A stretch of 64,000 nucleotides of DNA from Alphaproteobacteria bacterium (GTDB lineage Bacteria; Pseudomonadota; Alphaproteobacteria; Rhizobiales; TMED25), in the NCBI GenBank assembly GCA_045565315.1, contig JBJLFO010000001.1, positions 977,061 to 1,041,060 of the forward strand, given 5' to 3'. Shown one piece after another: positions 54,985 to 63,731 of the stretch (position 1 is its first letter; each line of letters begins with the position of its first letter). Both the position numbers and the translations under genes were made by a program. The notes under the pieces were generated by a model. It was not told the origin of the DNA and did no database searches. It saw only the letters and a program-made list of their open reading frames with translations.

Positions 54985-55836
54985 CTATTCAATATGCATA
55001 CTTACATCGAGGGAATCGGAAGAGTGTGTCAGTCTCCCGATTGATATATATTCAATACCTGTTTCTGCAATAGCTTTTATATTTTTTAAATTGATACCAC
55101 CTGATGCTTCGATTATTGAATTATTTTTATTATACTTCATACACTCTTTTATTTGATCAGCACTCATGTTATCTAGAAGAATATATTTAACTCCAAGTTC
55201 CTGACACTCTCTGAACTGCTCAATTGTATCTACTTCAACTTCTATATTAGATAAGTGCGGGATATTCTTTTCAGTACCTTGAATAGCATTTAATATTCCA
55301 TTAGCAACTTTTATGTGGTTATCTTTTATTAGAATACCATAATCAAGACCAAAACGGTGGTTAAAACCACCACCACATTGAACAGCATATTTTTCTATAA
55401 CCCTTAATCCAGGGGTTGTTTTTCTCGTAGATAAAATTTTTGCTTTGGTATGGGATATTAATTTAGTAAAATTTCTTGTCTGTGATGCAATCCCTGACAT
55501 GTGGCCTAAAAAGTTTAGTGCAGTTCTTTCAGCAGAGAGAATTGATAAAGCGCTACCTGTAACTGATGCAATTACCGAGTTAATTTTCAGTGAGTCACCA
55601 TCATCTAGCTTTGGAGCAAAATTTATTTTTTCATCAATTTTATTAAAAGTCATTTTGGCACAATTAAGTCCTGACAGAACACCTTCTTTATTTGAGGTTA
55701 TTATGGCCGTAATTTCGTTAGTGTTATTTTCTAATGATTGGCTTGTCAGATCACCAAAAGATCCTAAATCTTCTTGAATGGCGTTATTAACTATATTACT
55801 TAGTGTATAAGATGGAATTTCAAGATGATCATTCAT
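54985..55836 (-). CDS. nadC: Nicotinate-nucleotide pyrophosphorylase (carboxylating)
   Basis: ERTALN, TRKTTPG, HR.GL, KDNH, EVEV, LDNM and EASGG. Confidence 0.97.
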   Translation of the reverse strand: MNDHLEIPSYTLSNIVNNAIQEDLGSFGDLTSQSLENNTNEITAIITSNKEGVLSGLNCAKMTFNKIDEKINFAPKLDDGDSLKINSVIASVTGSALSILSAERTALNFLGHMSGIASQTRNFTKLISHTKAKILSTRKTTPGLRVIEKYAVQCGGGFNHRFGLDYGILIKDNHIKVANGILNAIQGTEKNIPHLSNIEVEVDTIEQFRECQELGVKYILLDNMSADQIKECMKYNKNNSIIEASGGINLKNIKAIAETGIEYISIGRLTHSSDSLDVSMHIE

Positions 55837-57350
55837 AGTTCTAATTCTTCAAATTTTATTCGACTTCTTTTAGTTAATTTATCGTTCTTATTTGGATAAT
55901 CAATTCTATAATGACTTCCTCTATGTTCAGTCCTATTTATTGCAGATTTGATAATTAGTAAGGCTGTTATAAGAGTATTATTTTTATATCCATCTCTATT
56001 ATATTTTAAATAAATTTCTTTTACTAGTCTGTATGCTTCTTCTAAGCCTTTTTGTTCTCTTTCAACTCCAACATATTTTGTCATTATATCTCTAAGTTTA
56101 TTTAAATCGGATAAATCTAATTTTTTAACACTCGGAGGAGTATAATTATTATTGACTATTTCAGAATTAATTGAATCAGCTTTAATATGACATGATATTA
56201 TGTCAGCAAATACGATAGCTTCGAGAAGTGAGTTTGATGCTAATCTATTAGCACCATGTATTCCACTACAAGCATTTTCGCCACAAACATATAACCCTTC
56301 AACACTACTCTTACCATATTCATCGCATGAGATGCCACCCATATGATAATGTGCGGCAGGTGAGATTGGAATTGGATCAGTAACTGGATTGATGTTATTC
56401 TTGATACATAAATCATATACTGTTGGAAAGTCATCTTTCATTTTACTTCCAAGATTTCCTCGACAATCTAGGTAAACCTTGTTTCCATTCTTCTGCTCAT
56501 TAAATATTGCTCTCGAAACAATATCACGAGGCGCAAGTTCGCCAGCTTCATGATACTTAAAAGTAAATCTATCATCATTATTGTTTATGATTTTTGCTCC
56601 CTCACCACGAAGTGCCTCGGTAGCAAGTGGAGCTGGATCAAGGCCAATATCAAAAGCAGTTGGATGGAATTGAACAAATTCCATATCAGACAATACCGCT
56701 CCGCATCTTGCAGCCATTCCCACTCCATCCCCTAGAGCTTCTTGTGAATTTGTTGTTACTTTAAATAATTGTCCGACACCTCCTGTAGCAAGCACAATAC
56801 AGCTTGTCTCAAGAAACTTTTGGTTATTATCATTTTGAATAGTTACTCCAAAAATTTTATTATTACTTTGATGGAGCTCAATAGCGTTATATCCTTCAAT
56901 TACATTTATATGTTTGGATTTTTTAACAACTGACGTCAGCGTTTCCATGATTTCTTTACCAGTCATATCACCTCTGACCGACACTATTCTGTTATGTTGA
57001 TGAGCAGCTTCTTTTCTAAGAATTAATTCATTTTGATCATTTTTATCAAAAGTTACGCCAAGAGTTATTAAGTCTCTTACTCTATCTGGACCATTCTTTA
57101 TGACTAATTCTGCAATTTTCTCATCAACGATGCCACCTCCTACTGTTATTGTATCTTTGAGATGTGAAATAGTAGAGTCATCTTTTCCCATTGCAGCAGC
57201 TATTCCTGCCTGGGCCCATTGACTTGATGTCCCCGATCCTAAACTTTTTGAGGTTATCAATTCTACATGAAGTGGTGCCAATTTAATCGCTGTAAATAAA
57301 CCAGCAAGCCCAGCGCCAATTATAACAATTTTATTATCAGGATTTTTCAA
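55833..57350 (-). CDS. nadB: L-aspartate oxidase
   Basis: GAGLAG, QFHPT, TEALRGEG, ELAPRD, AHYHMGG and HGANRLASNSLLE. Confidence 0.96.
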   Translation of the reverse strand: MKNPDNKIVIIGAGLAGLFTAIKLAPLHVELITSKSLGSGTSSQWAQAGIAAAMGKDDSTISHLKDTITVGGGIVDEKIAELVIKNGPDRVRDLITLGVTFDKNDQNELILRKEAAHQHNRIVSVRGDMTGKEIMETLTSVVKKSKHINVIEGYNAIELHQSNNKIFGVTIQNDNNQKFLETSCIVLATGGVGQLFKVTTNSQEALGDGVGMAARCGAVLSDMEFVQFHPTAFDIGLDPAPLATEALRGEGAKIINNNDDRFTFKYHEAGELAPRDIVSRAIFNEQKNGNKVYLDCRGNLGSKMKDDFPTVYDLCIKNNINPVTDPIPISPAAHYHMGGISCDEYGKSSVEGLYVCGENACSGIHGANRLASNSLLEAIVFADIISCHIKADSINSEIVNNNYTPPSVKKLDLSDLNKLRDIMTKYVGVEREQKGLEEAYRLVKEIYLKYNRDGYKNNTLITALLIIKSAINRTEHRGSHYRIDYPNKNDKLTKRSRIKFEELEL

Positions 57351-57362
57351 AATAAATATACC

Positions 57363-58400
57363 TTATGATATATCTAGTTTGATCATTCTATCAACGGCAC
57401 TATAAGCTCTCTTTGATATTTCTGCATCAATTATAACTTCGTTGTTTAGATATAAAAGATTATTTAGAATTTTTGAAAGAGTAATTTTTTTCATATGAGG
57501 GCACATATTACATGGTCTTATGAATTTTGTTTCAGGATTTTCCGCTGCGATATTATCACTCATTGAACACTCCGTTACCATCATAACTTTTTCTGGTTTC
57601 TTTTCAGTTACCCATTCTATCATTCTCGCAGTTGATCCTGAAAAGTCTGCTTCTGCAACAACATTAGGAGGGCACTCCGGATGTGCAATAATCTTCAAAT
57701 TTTCTTCACTCTCTCTTGCTTCAATTAAGTCCTCAGGAGTGAATAACTCATGTACCTCGCAGCAACCATTATCCCACCATATTATTTCAACATCTGTTTC
57801 TTTTGCAATATTTTGAGCAAGGTACTTATCGGGTATGAATATTACTTTTCCAACACCTAATGACTCTACAATTCGCTTTGCATTTCCAGATGTGCAGCAA
57901 ATATCAGATTCAGCTTTTACATCTGCTGAGGTATTCACATAAGTTACAACTGGAACCCCCGGATATTTCTTCTTCAGATTTCTTACATCTTGCCCTGTAA
58001 TAGATTCAGCAAGTGAACATCCGGCTTCCATGTCCGGAGTTAAAACAATTTTATCTGGATTTAATATTTTTGATGTTTCAGCCATAAAATGAACACCGCA
58101 TTGGATGATTATATCCGCATCAGTTCTCGCGGCCTCCTTTGATAATGCAAGGCTATCACCAACAAAATCAGCTACGCAATGATATATTTCTGGTGTCATA
58201 TAGTTATGTACAAGACATACAGCATTTCGTTCTTTCTTTAATTTATTGATAGCTTTCACATATGGAGCATGGTAAGGCCATTCAATTTTCGGTATTACTG
58301 TTTTGACCTTTTCATAGTAAGGCTCCATCTCTTTAGCTATTTGCGGAGTATAATCAAGATTTGGTAATTCAGTGATAACTCTATAATCTGAAATTTTCAT
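57363..58400 (-). CDS. nadA: Quinolinate synthase
   Basis: HNY, GDSL, CGVHFMAE, AGCSLA, YVNT, HPEC and CPHMK. Confidence 0.97.
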   Translation of the reverse strand: MKISDYRVITELPNLDYTPQIAKEMEPYYEKVKTVIPKIEWPYHAPYVKAINKLKKERNAVCLVHNYMTPEIYHCVADFVGDSLALSKEAARTDADIIIQCGVHFMAETSKILNPDKIVLTPDMEAGCSLAESITGQDVRNLKKKYPGVPVVTYVNTSADVKAESDICCTSGNAKRIVESLGVGKVIFIPDKYLAQNIAKETDVEIIWWDNGCCEVHELFTPEDLIEARESEENLKIIAHPECPPNVVAEADFSGSTARMIEWVTEKKPEKVMMVTECSMSDNIAAENPETKFIRPCNMCPHMKKITLSKILNNLLYLNNEVIIDAEISKRAYSAVDRMIKLDIS

Positions 58401-58521
58401 CTTTTTGATGTACTTAAAATTACATTATTTGTGTTTATTTATATTTTATATAATACCATAAAAGCATAATACAATTGCAATATAATAATATAAAATAAAA
58501 TATTTGTTAATCTAAAAAAGA

Positions 58522-59028
58522 TTAAAAATTTAGATAAAATGCGGCTGATCCAAAAGTTCTTTTTTTTTGGGTAAAGTTTTTTACTAGTTCTTGAAAAAAT
58601 TGTTCTTCTTTAAGAACACGTCCTGCTTGTTTTAAAACTAACTTATTTGGATTTGCAAATGGTGCTTTCTCCATTATCAAGCTATAAAGGTCGGATGGCC
58701 TTATATTCCTGTTATGCATAAAATATATAATTATACTGATTGCAATTGATCTAGATACTCCTGCATAGCAATGTATTAATATATCAGTGTTTTGGTGACT
58801 GCCCATGGCAAACTTTAATATTTTACGAATATCTCTCTGAGATACGGGTTTCAGATTATCTCGTGAGTGATCAATATCATTAAAACATAATCTAAGAATA
58901 TTCATAGCCTTCACTTCAGGAAATAATGGAAAAGAATTATTAGGGGAATAGATGGATATTATTCTTTTTATTTGCTCTTTTTTAATAACCTTTAAAGCAC
59001 TGTTAAGAGGAGTATTATGTATCTTCAT
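58522..59028 (-). CDS. Protein tyrosine phosphatase-like protein (CX5R)
   Basis: LIHCYAGVSRS P-loop, F.DI acid loop and ANPN. Confidence 0.85.
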   Translation of the reverse strand: MKIHNTPLNSALKVIKKEQIKRIISIYSPNNSFPLFPEVKAMNILRLCFNDIDHSRDNLKPVSQRDIRKILKFAMGSHQNTDILIHCYAGVSRSIAISIIIYFMHNRNIRPSDLYSLIMEKAPFANPNKLVLKQAGRVLKEEQFFQELVKNFTQKKRTFGSAAFYLNF

Positions 59029-59798
59029 TTATTCAATAATTCTTTTTTGACAAGGTTGGAGTCATCAATATAGAAATTTAGATTTGCGAAATTTTTATTT
59101 ACAAAGGCCAAAGTTAACTTATCTGAATTTGAACCAAAAAAACCAATCTCCTTGTCTTGATAAAATAATTTAGTACCCATTTTTCTAGGTAAATGAATAC
59201 AATTAAATGGGTAAAAAATTTTCTTTGAGGTAGCTTTTTTATGGTAAATTCTTGAGACAATTTCTTGTCCAGGATAACAACCTTTGGTATAAGAAATAGA
59301 ATTAACATAATCATTTAATTCATGCGCAAATATATCTGATGGAAGAAAATCTTTATTGATTTCAGCAATACCAAGTTTTATCCTAAAATGATCATAATAG
59401 GATACATCATTTTGACTTCTAATTGACTTTCTAATATTAATTTTTCTGGAACCAATACTTTTATTTCTTGGATCTTTTGGAAAAATTATCTTTGATTCTT
59501 CCCAATAAACACTTAAATCCTCTCTAAATCTTAGAACAATTTTACTTCTAAGTTTATACATCGTCAATTTTTTGATTAGTTCATCTGCTGAAGCATAGTT
59601 ACAATCAAGGAGTAGACATTCTGAGGTATAATGTATGTAAAACTCAAAAATAATTTTACCTAGATGGTTTAAAATAAAAGTATGAGATATCTTTTTTTCA
59701 CTGATATCTATCAAGTCGTTTGTTATTAAATTTTGAAGAAAAATTATACGATCTTCGCCTGATAGCTCAATTATTTGTCTGTCTGCTAATAATTTCAT
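59025..59798 (-). CDS. ygfZ: Folate-binding Fe-S cluster repair protein YgfZ
   Basis: G.D...FLQNLITND and KGCYPGQE. Confidence 0.93.
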   Translation of the reverse strand: MKLLADRQIIELSGEDRIIFLQNLITNDLIDISEKKISHTFILNHLGKIIFEFYIHYTSECLLLDCNYASADELIKKLTMYKLRSKIVLRFREDLSVYWEESKIIFPKDPRNKSIGSRKINIRKSIRSQNDVSYYDHFRIKLGIAEINKDFLPSDIFAHELNDYVNSISYTKGCYPGQEIVSRIYHKKATSKKIFYPFNCIHLPRKMGTKLFYQDKEIGFFGSNSDKLTLAFVNKNFANLNFYIDDSNLVKKELLNK

Positions 59799-59879
59799 TT
59801 TAAATTACTTAATTTAATTAATTTATAATATAATAATAAGGTATAAATTTTATTTTTATTTTAGCTATAACATACTTAA

Positions 59880-60875
59880 ATGCAAAAAAAATTCAACGCA
59901 TGGTTAATTACCAAGAAAAATAATAAAACATGCTCAAGTTATCTTGAGCTTGAAAGTAATAAATATTTAAGTGGCGAAGTAATTATTCAGGTTAAAAATT
60001 CTGCACTGAATTATAAAGATGCCCTCGCTTTAACTGGATCCGCCCCAATTATAAGAAAATTTCCATTAATTCCTGGTATTGATTTAAGCGGTGTGGTAAT
60101 TCAGTCAAAAAATAAGAAGTTTAGTGAGGGAGATCGGGTGTTCACAACTGGATGGGGCCTTGGTGAGCTTCAAAATGGTGGGCTATCATCTCACGCATCA
60201 ACAGATGCCGATATGCTAATAAAAGTACCAAATAAATACACGCATTCTTATATTATGGGTCTTGGCACAGCAGGGCTTACTGCAATGTTAGCCGTTTTGG
60301 CATTGAATGAAAACAGTATTAAACCAGACGCAGGTAAAGTCTTGGTAACTGGCAGCTCAGGTGCTGTAGGTGGTATTGCAACCAAGTTACTTTTAAAGCT
60401 TGGTTATGATGTAGTCGCCTTGACATCACGCCCCGAATATAACAGGGATTATTTAAAATCTTTTGGTAATATTGAGGTGCTTGATACAGATGATTTTTTA
60501 GGAAATCCAAGAATGCTATCAAAAGAAAGATGGGCTGCGGCGATAGATGTGGTAGGGGGTAAGGTACTTGAAAATATTATTACTGAGACCAATAGATCAG
60601 GGGTAATTTCTGTATGCGGTCAAGTCTTGGGCCTGAACCTAGTTACAAATCTTGCACCATTTATTCTGCGTGGTGTTCGGCTAATTGGTATCGACTCTGC
60701 CTTTTGTAGTCATGAGAGAAGAAGTAGGGCTTGGGATATGATCTTTGATTTATTAGATGTAAAAGATGTCGACTATGCGTCTGAGATAATAGATATTAAG
60801 GATGTTTATGAAAGATCCAAACTAATTGTTAATGGTAAAAATCGAAGAAGAATTATTACAAATAATTCTAATTAA
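59880..60875 (+). CDS. acuI: Acryloyl-CoA reductase (YhdH/AcuI, MDR family)
   Basis: LNYKDALA, PLIPGID, GTAGLTA and PFILRGV.L.GIDS. Confidence 0.85.
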   Translation: MQKKFNAWLITKKNNKTCSSYLELESNKYLSGEVIIQVKNSALNYKDALALTGSAPIIRKFPLIPGIDLSGVVIQSKNKKFSEGDRVFTTGWGLGELQNGGLSSHASTDADMLIKVPNKYTHSYIMGLGTAGLTAMLAVLALNENSIKPDAGKVLVTGSSGAVGGIATKLLLKLGYDVVALTSRPEYNRDYLKSFGNIEVLDTDDFLGNPRMLSKERWAAAIDVVGGKVLENIITETNRSGVISVCGQVLGLNLVTNLAPFILRGVRLIGIDSAFCSHERRSRAWDMIFDLLDVKDVDYASEIIDIKDVYERSKLIVNGKNRRRIITNNSN

Positions 60876-61303
60876 TACCCGCAGATCTTAAGAATCCTTG
60901 AGGCGCCATCTATTAATTTTATTTCATTAATTTTATTGATTTGATGCCATTCAGCAGCAACAACATCATCACCAAATTGAGGTCTGCCGCTTATGTATGC
61001 ACATTCATAAAATGATAAAACATAATGTATCTTTATTTTATGATTTGTATCTTTTCTTATGACATTAATGTTTTCAATTTGATCCCCAACTTTGATGATA
61101 ATTGACGTCTCTTCGAGTATTTCCCTCGTGAGGGCTTCATGAAGTGTTTCACCAATTTCAATTGCACCACCGGGAAAGCTCCATATATCTTCCAGATTAC
61201 TTTTTTTTACTAATAAAACGCTGTTATTATGAATAACTACACCGGCCACAGCGCTGATTGGCCTATCTGGATACTCCCTTTTGATATTATTTCTGAGCAT
61301 CAC
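60872..61303 (-). CDS. NUDIX hydrolase
   Basis: Nudix box GGAIEIGETLHEALTREILEETS; N-terminal REYPDRP..AV. Confidence 0.92.
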   Translation of the reverse strand: MMLRNNIKREYPDRPISAVAGVVIHNNSVLLVKKSNLEDIWSFPGGAIEIGETLHEALTREILEETSIIIKVGDQIENINVIRKDTNHKIKIHYVLSFYECAYISGRPQFGDDVVAAEWHQINKINEIKLIDGASRILKICGY

Positions 61304-61307
61304 TTGA
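61183..61307. repeat. Direct repeat copy 1 (intact NUDIX 5' end)
   Basis: Aligns by eye with 62573-62699 at an offset of about 1390 bp, e.g. AATAAAACGCT, ACCGGCCA-AGCGCTGATTGGCCT and TTGATATTATTTCT. About 85% identity by hand count. Confidence 0.95.
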
Positions 61308-62456
61308 CTCAGTTATTTGTTCAGCTATCTTTTGTGCTGTATAAGCAGACAGCGTCCAGCCGAGATGTCCGTGTCCTGTATTGTAGTAAATATTATCATT
61401 ACGTTTACTCCTCTTTACAATTGGCATCATGTACGGAGTCATAGGTCGAAGGCCTGCCCACGGAGTTACATGCTCAGTATTTATTCCCGGAAAAATTTTT
61501 TCACTCCATCTTATAAGTGGTCTAATTCTACGTTGAATTATATCAGTATTATAGCCATTAAGTTCTGCAGTCCCGGCCACTCTAAGCCTGTCTTCACCGA
61601 GCCTACTGGTAACTATCTTAGCCCCGTCATCTAACATACTAGTCCATGGCGCAACTTCAGGATTATGTATTGTGATACTGTATCCTTTCACAGGATATAT
61701 AGGCAAACTATCTCCTATTGTTTTTGCCAGTTCACGACTGTTAACGCCGGCACAAACTACTAAAGGAATATCTGGATTTAGAAATTTTACTTCTTTATTG
61801 ACATGCTTTACATTATATTTCGTCACTAATACAGATAATAAATTTGTGCAAAACTTATGTATATCTCCTGTAAAATCTGTTTCGTTATAAAAGCCGCCCA
61901 GTAGTTTTGGCGGAGGAACAAGTGCTGGTTCAATATCTAAACATTCTTTTGGTGATACTTCCCATCTTTCTAGCCCTGCCTTATTGTAAATTTTGTTCAC
62001 TTTCCGAGCGTTATTTAATTCTGATTGATCTGTATAAATGTGTAGTATGCCTTTTTCTACCATATCAAAAGATAAGTTTTCACGAGTAGCAATCTCTTTG
62101 TAGAGTTTGTGAGCTGCCAAAGCCCACATGCATGTATCGTATGTATTTTTTTCTGCACTGGGAATAGCTCTAATAAATCTGTATATCCACGTATATTTTT
62201 CAATACTAATAGATGGGTTAATTTTCAATGGGGCATCGGCCTTAAATAACCATTTGACTCCTTTCTTAACACTGCGCCAACTATTCCAAGTTTCTGCATT
62301 GCTAGCACTAAGTTGTCCACCATTACCATAACTGGTCGCCATTGCTGGATGCTTTCTTTTATCATATATTACAACTTCGTGTCCGGCTCTGGCGAGGTAA
62401 TATGCAGTTGTTATTCCAGCTATCCCGGCGCCAACTATAGCTACTTTTTTATTCAT
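61287..62456 (-). CDS. dadA: D-amino acid dehydrogenase (DadA family)
   Basis: GAGIAG, TSYGNGGQLS, YPVKGYS, RVAGTAE, WAGLRPMTP and NTGHGHLGWT. The last codons and stop lie inside the duplicated NUDIX 5' segment. Confidence 0.9.
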   Translation of the reverse strand: MNKKVAIVGAGIAGITTAYYLARAGHEVVIYDKRKHPAMATSYGNGGQLSASNAETWNSWRSVKKGVKWLFKADAPLKINPSISIEKYTWIYRFIRAIPSAEKNTYDTCMWALAAHKLYKEIATRENLSFDMVEKGILHIYTDQSELNNARKVNKIYNKAGLERWEVSPKECLDIEPALVPPPKLLGGFYNETDFTGDIHKFCTNLLSVLVTKYNVKHVNKEVKFLNPDIPLVVCAGVNSRELAKTIGDSLPIYPVKGYSITIHNPEVAPWTSMLDDGAKIVTSRLGEDRLRVAGTAELNGYNTDIIQRRIRPLIRWSEKIFPGINTEHVTPWAGLRPMTPYMMPIVKRSKRNDNIYYNTGHGHLGWTLSAYTAQKIAEQITESSDAQK

Positions 62457-62464
62457 TTTTAGTC

Positions 62465-62566
62465 TTTCTTAATTCTGTTGAACGGAAGTCATGACTCCTT
62501 TTATTAAAAAATTAAGCCATTGAACCTTCAACTAATTCTCAGCCCAGTACTCTACCCGTCGAGCCT
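62465..62566 (-). promoter_or_regulatory. Structured 5' leader of dadA (possible degenerate glycine riboswitch)
   Basis: GGCTCGACGGGTAGAG...TGAAGGTTCAA resembles the 5' half of the glycine aptamer, with several complementary segments. The canonical CUCUCAGG is absent. Confidence 0.3.
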
Positions 62567-62572
62567 TTATTT

Positions 62573-62694
62573 ATATATTTGTCTAGATTACTTTTTTTAC
62601 AAATAAAACGCTATCATTATGAATAAATAAACCGGCCAAAGCGCTGATTGGCCTGTCCAGATATTCTCTTTTTGATATTATTTCTTAACATCAC
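62573..62694 (-). pseudogene. Truncated, frameshifted 5' fragment of the NUDIX gene
   Basis: GTG ATG overlaps the sua5 TGA. Frame-corrected it reads MMLRNNIK-REYLDRPISALAGLFIHNDSVLFVKK versus intact MMLRNNIKREYPDRPISAVAGVVIHNNSVLLVKK. An extra A gives TAA at 62617-62619. Confidence 0.9.
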
Positions 62695-62699
62695 TTTGA
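62573..62699. repeat. Direct repeat copy 2 (decayed NUDIX 5' end)
   Basis: Same alignment as copy 1; includes the sua5 stop / NUDIX start junction. Confidence 0.95.
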
Positions 62700-63638
62700 G
62701 GCTCGCTTAATTCTGTCGTTTATTGCCCTACCAATGCCTTGATGGGGGATTGGTGATATGGCGATTTTTTTAATATTCATGCTGTCAAGATCTCTCAAAC
62801 ATGCATACAATCTGTGAGCAAACTTATGCATATCTCCAGTGCTAGAAAGATTAATTGTATTGATGTGGTTATTATTATTTTTTTCTCCAAATGTGATAAA
62901 ATATTCATCTGCATTTGGTCTTTTTACATTAATTCGAACTCTTGCTTTTGGTGAATAGTGTTTCTTAAGTTGACCCGGGGATAAAATTTTATGGCCATCA
63001 TACGCATCCAACTGTAATTTTGTAATTTTAAATATTTGATCTTTTGTAATAGCCCCTTCTCGAAGAATTTGAATATTCTCTGATCTAACATCAACTATTG
63101 TAGACTCTATTCCGTGGGCACATTTATCACCATCAAGTATCATTTCAATATCGTCACCAAAGTCATCAAAAACGTGGCTTGCATTTGTTGCACTTACTGT
63201 GCCAGACAAATTTGCACTTGGAGCTGCAATAGGCTTTCCGAACGTATTTAGAATTTTTAGTATTATTGGGTTAGATGGTACTCTAATTGCAATTGAGTCA
63301 AGATTTGAAGTAGCAGCTGGAGTTATTCCATTATTCCTTTTCTTTTCGACAAGTAATGTCAATGGGCCTGGCCAAAATGCTTTTGCCATTTTCATTGCAG
63401 TATTATTCAATTTTCCAATCATTTTTGCTTCTTCTAACGATGCAACATGAATGATTAGAGGATTGTGTAATGGTCTATTTTTAATAATATAAATTTTCTT
63501 TATTGAGCTTTCGCATGATGCATCTCCACCAAGCCCATAAACAGTTTCAGTAGGAAAAGCGATTACACCAGATTCATTTAAGATATCTACTGCTTTTTTT
63601 ATATTAACATTACTGGCTTTATAAATTGTTTTTTTCAT
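62691..63638 (-). CDS. sua5: L-threonylcarbamoyladenylate synthase (Sua5 type, with C-terminal domain)
   Basis: FPTETVYGL, KNRP.HNPLI.H, FWPGPLT, APSAN.SG, GIESTIVD, SPGQL..HYSP and AINDR. Confidence 0.96.
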   Translation of the reverse strand: MKKTIYKASNVNIKKAVDILNESGVIAFPTETVYGLGGDASCESSIKKIYIIKNRPLHNPLIIHVASLEEAKMIGKLNNTAMKMAKAFWPGPLTLLVEKKRNNGITPAATSNLDSIAIRVPSNPIILKILNTFGKPIAAPSANLSGTVSATNASHVFDDFGDDIEMILDGDKCAHGIESTIVDVRSENIQILREGAITKDQIFKITKLQLDAYDGHKILSPGQLKKHYSPKARVRINVKRPNADEYFITFGEKNNNNHINTINLSSTGDMHKFAHRLYACLRDLDSMNIKKIAISPIPHQGIGRAINDRIKRASK

Positions 63639-63731
63639 TTTTTTATTAACTCAATCAAATTATTTATATATAATTTTAATTGGTAAAGTCAAAGCCAATA
63701 GTTATTAATTAATCAATGCATGGATAATATT

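Larger units (their letters stand above)
61308..62699 (-). mobile_element. Putative ~1.39 kb integrated dadA cassette (no integrase encoded)
   Basis: A single gene plus leader bounded by the duplicated 5' end of the target gene. Mobility is inferred from the geometry only. Confidence 0.55.

Noticed and set aside
58451-58469. Possible NadQ operator upstream of nadA (TTATGCTTTTATGGTATTA on the minus strand)
   Set aside because: Only one arm resembles the recalled NadQ palindrome, the spacing is wrong and no nadQ gene is adjacent.
62469-62500. AAGGAG followed by a 7-codon uORF (MTSVQQN) in the dadA leader
   Set aside because: Only 2 nt separate the Shine-Dalgarno sequence and the ATG, too short for efficient initiation, and the codon content does not suggest attenuation.
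62568-62575. TATAAATA (T4-like late promoter) upstream of dadA on the minus strand
   Set aside because: The same octamer occurs elsewhere in this AT-rich window (e.g. near 283 and 48371) and it overlaps the repeat edge, so it is not evidence of phage origin.
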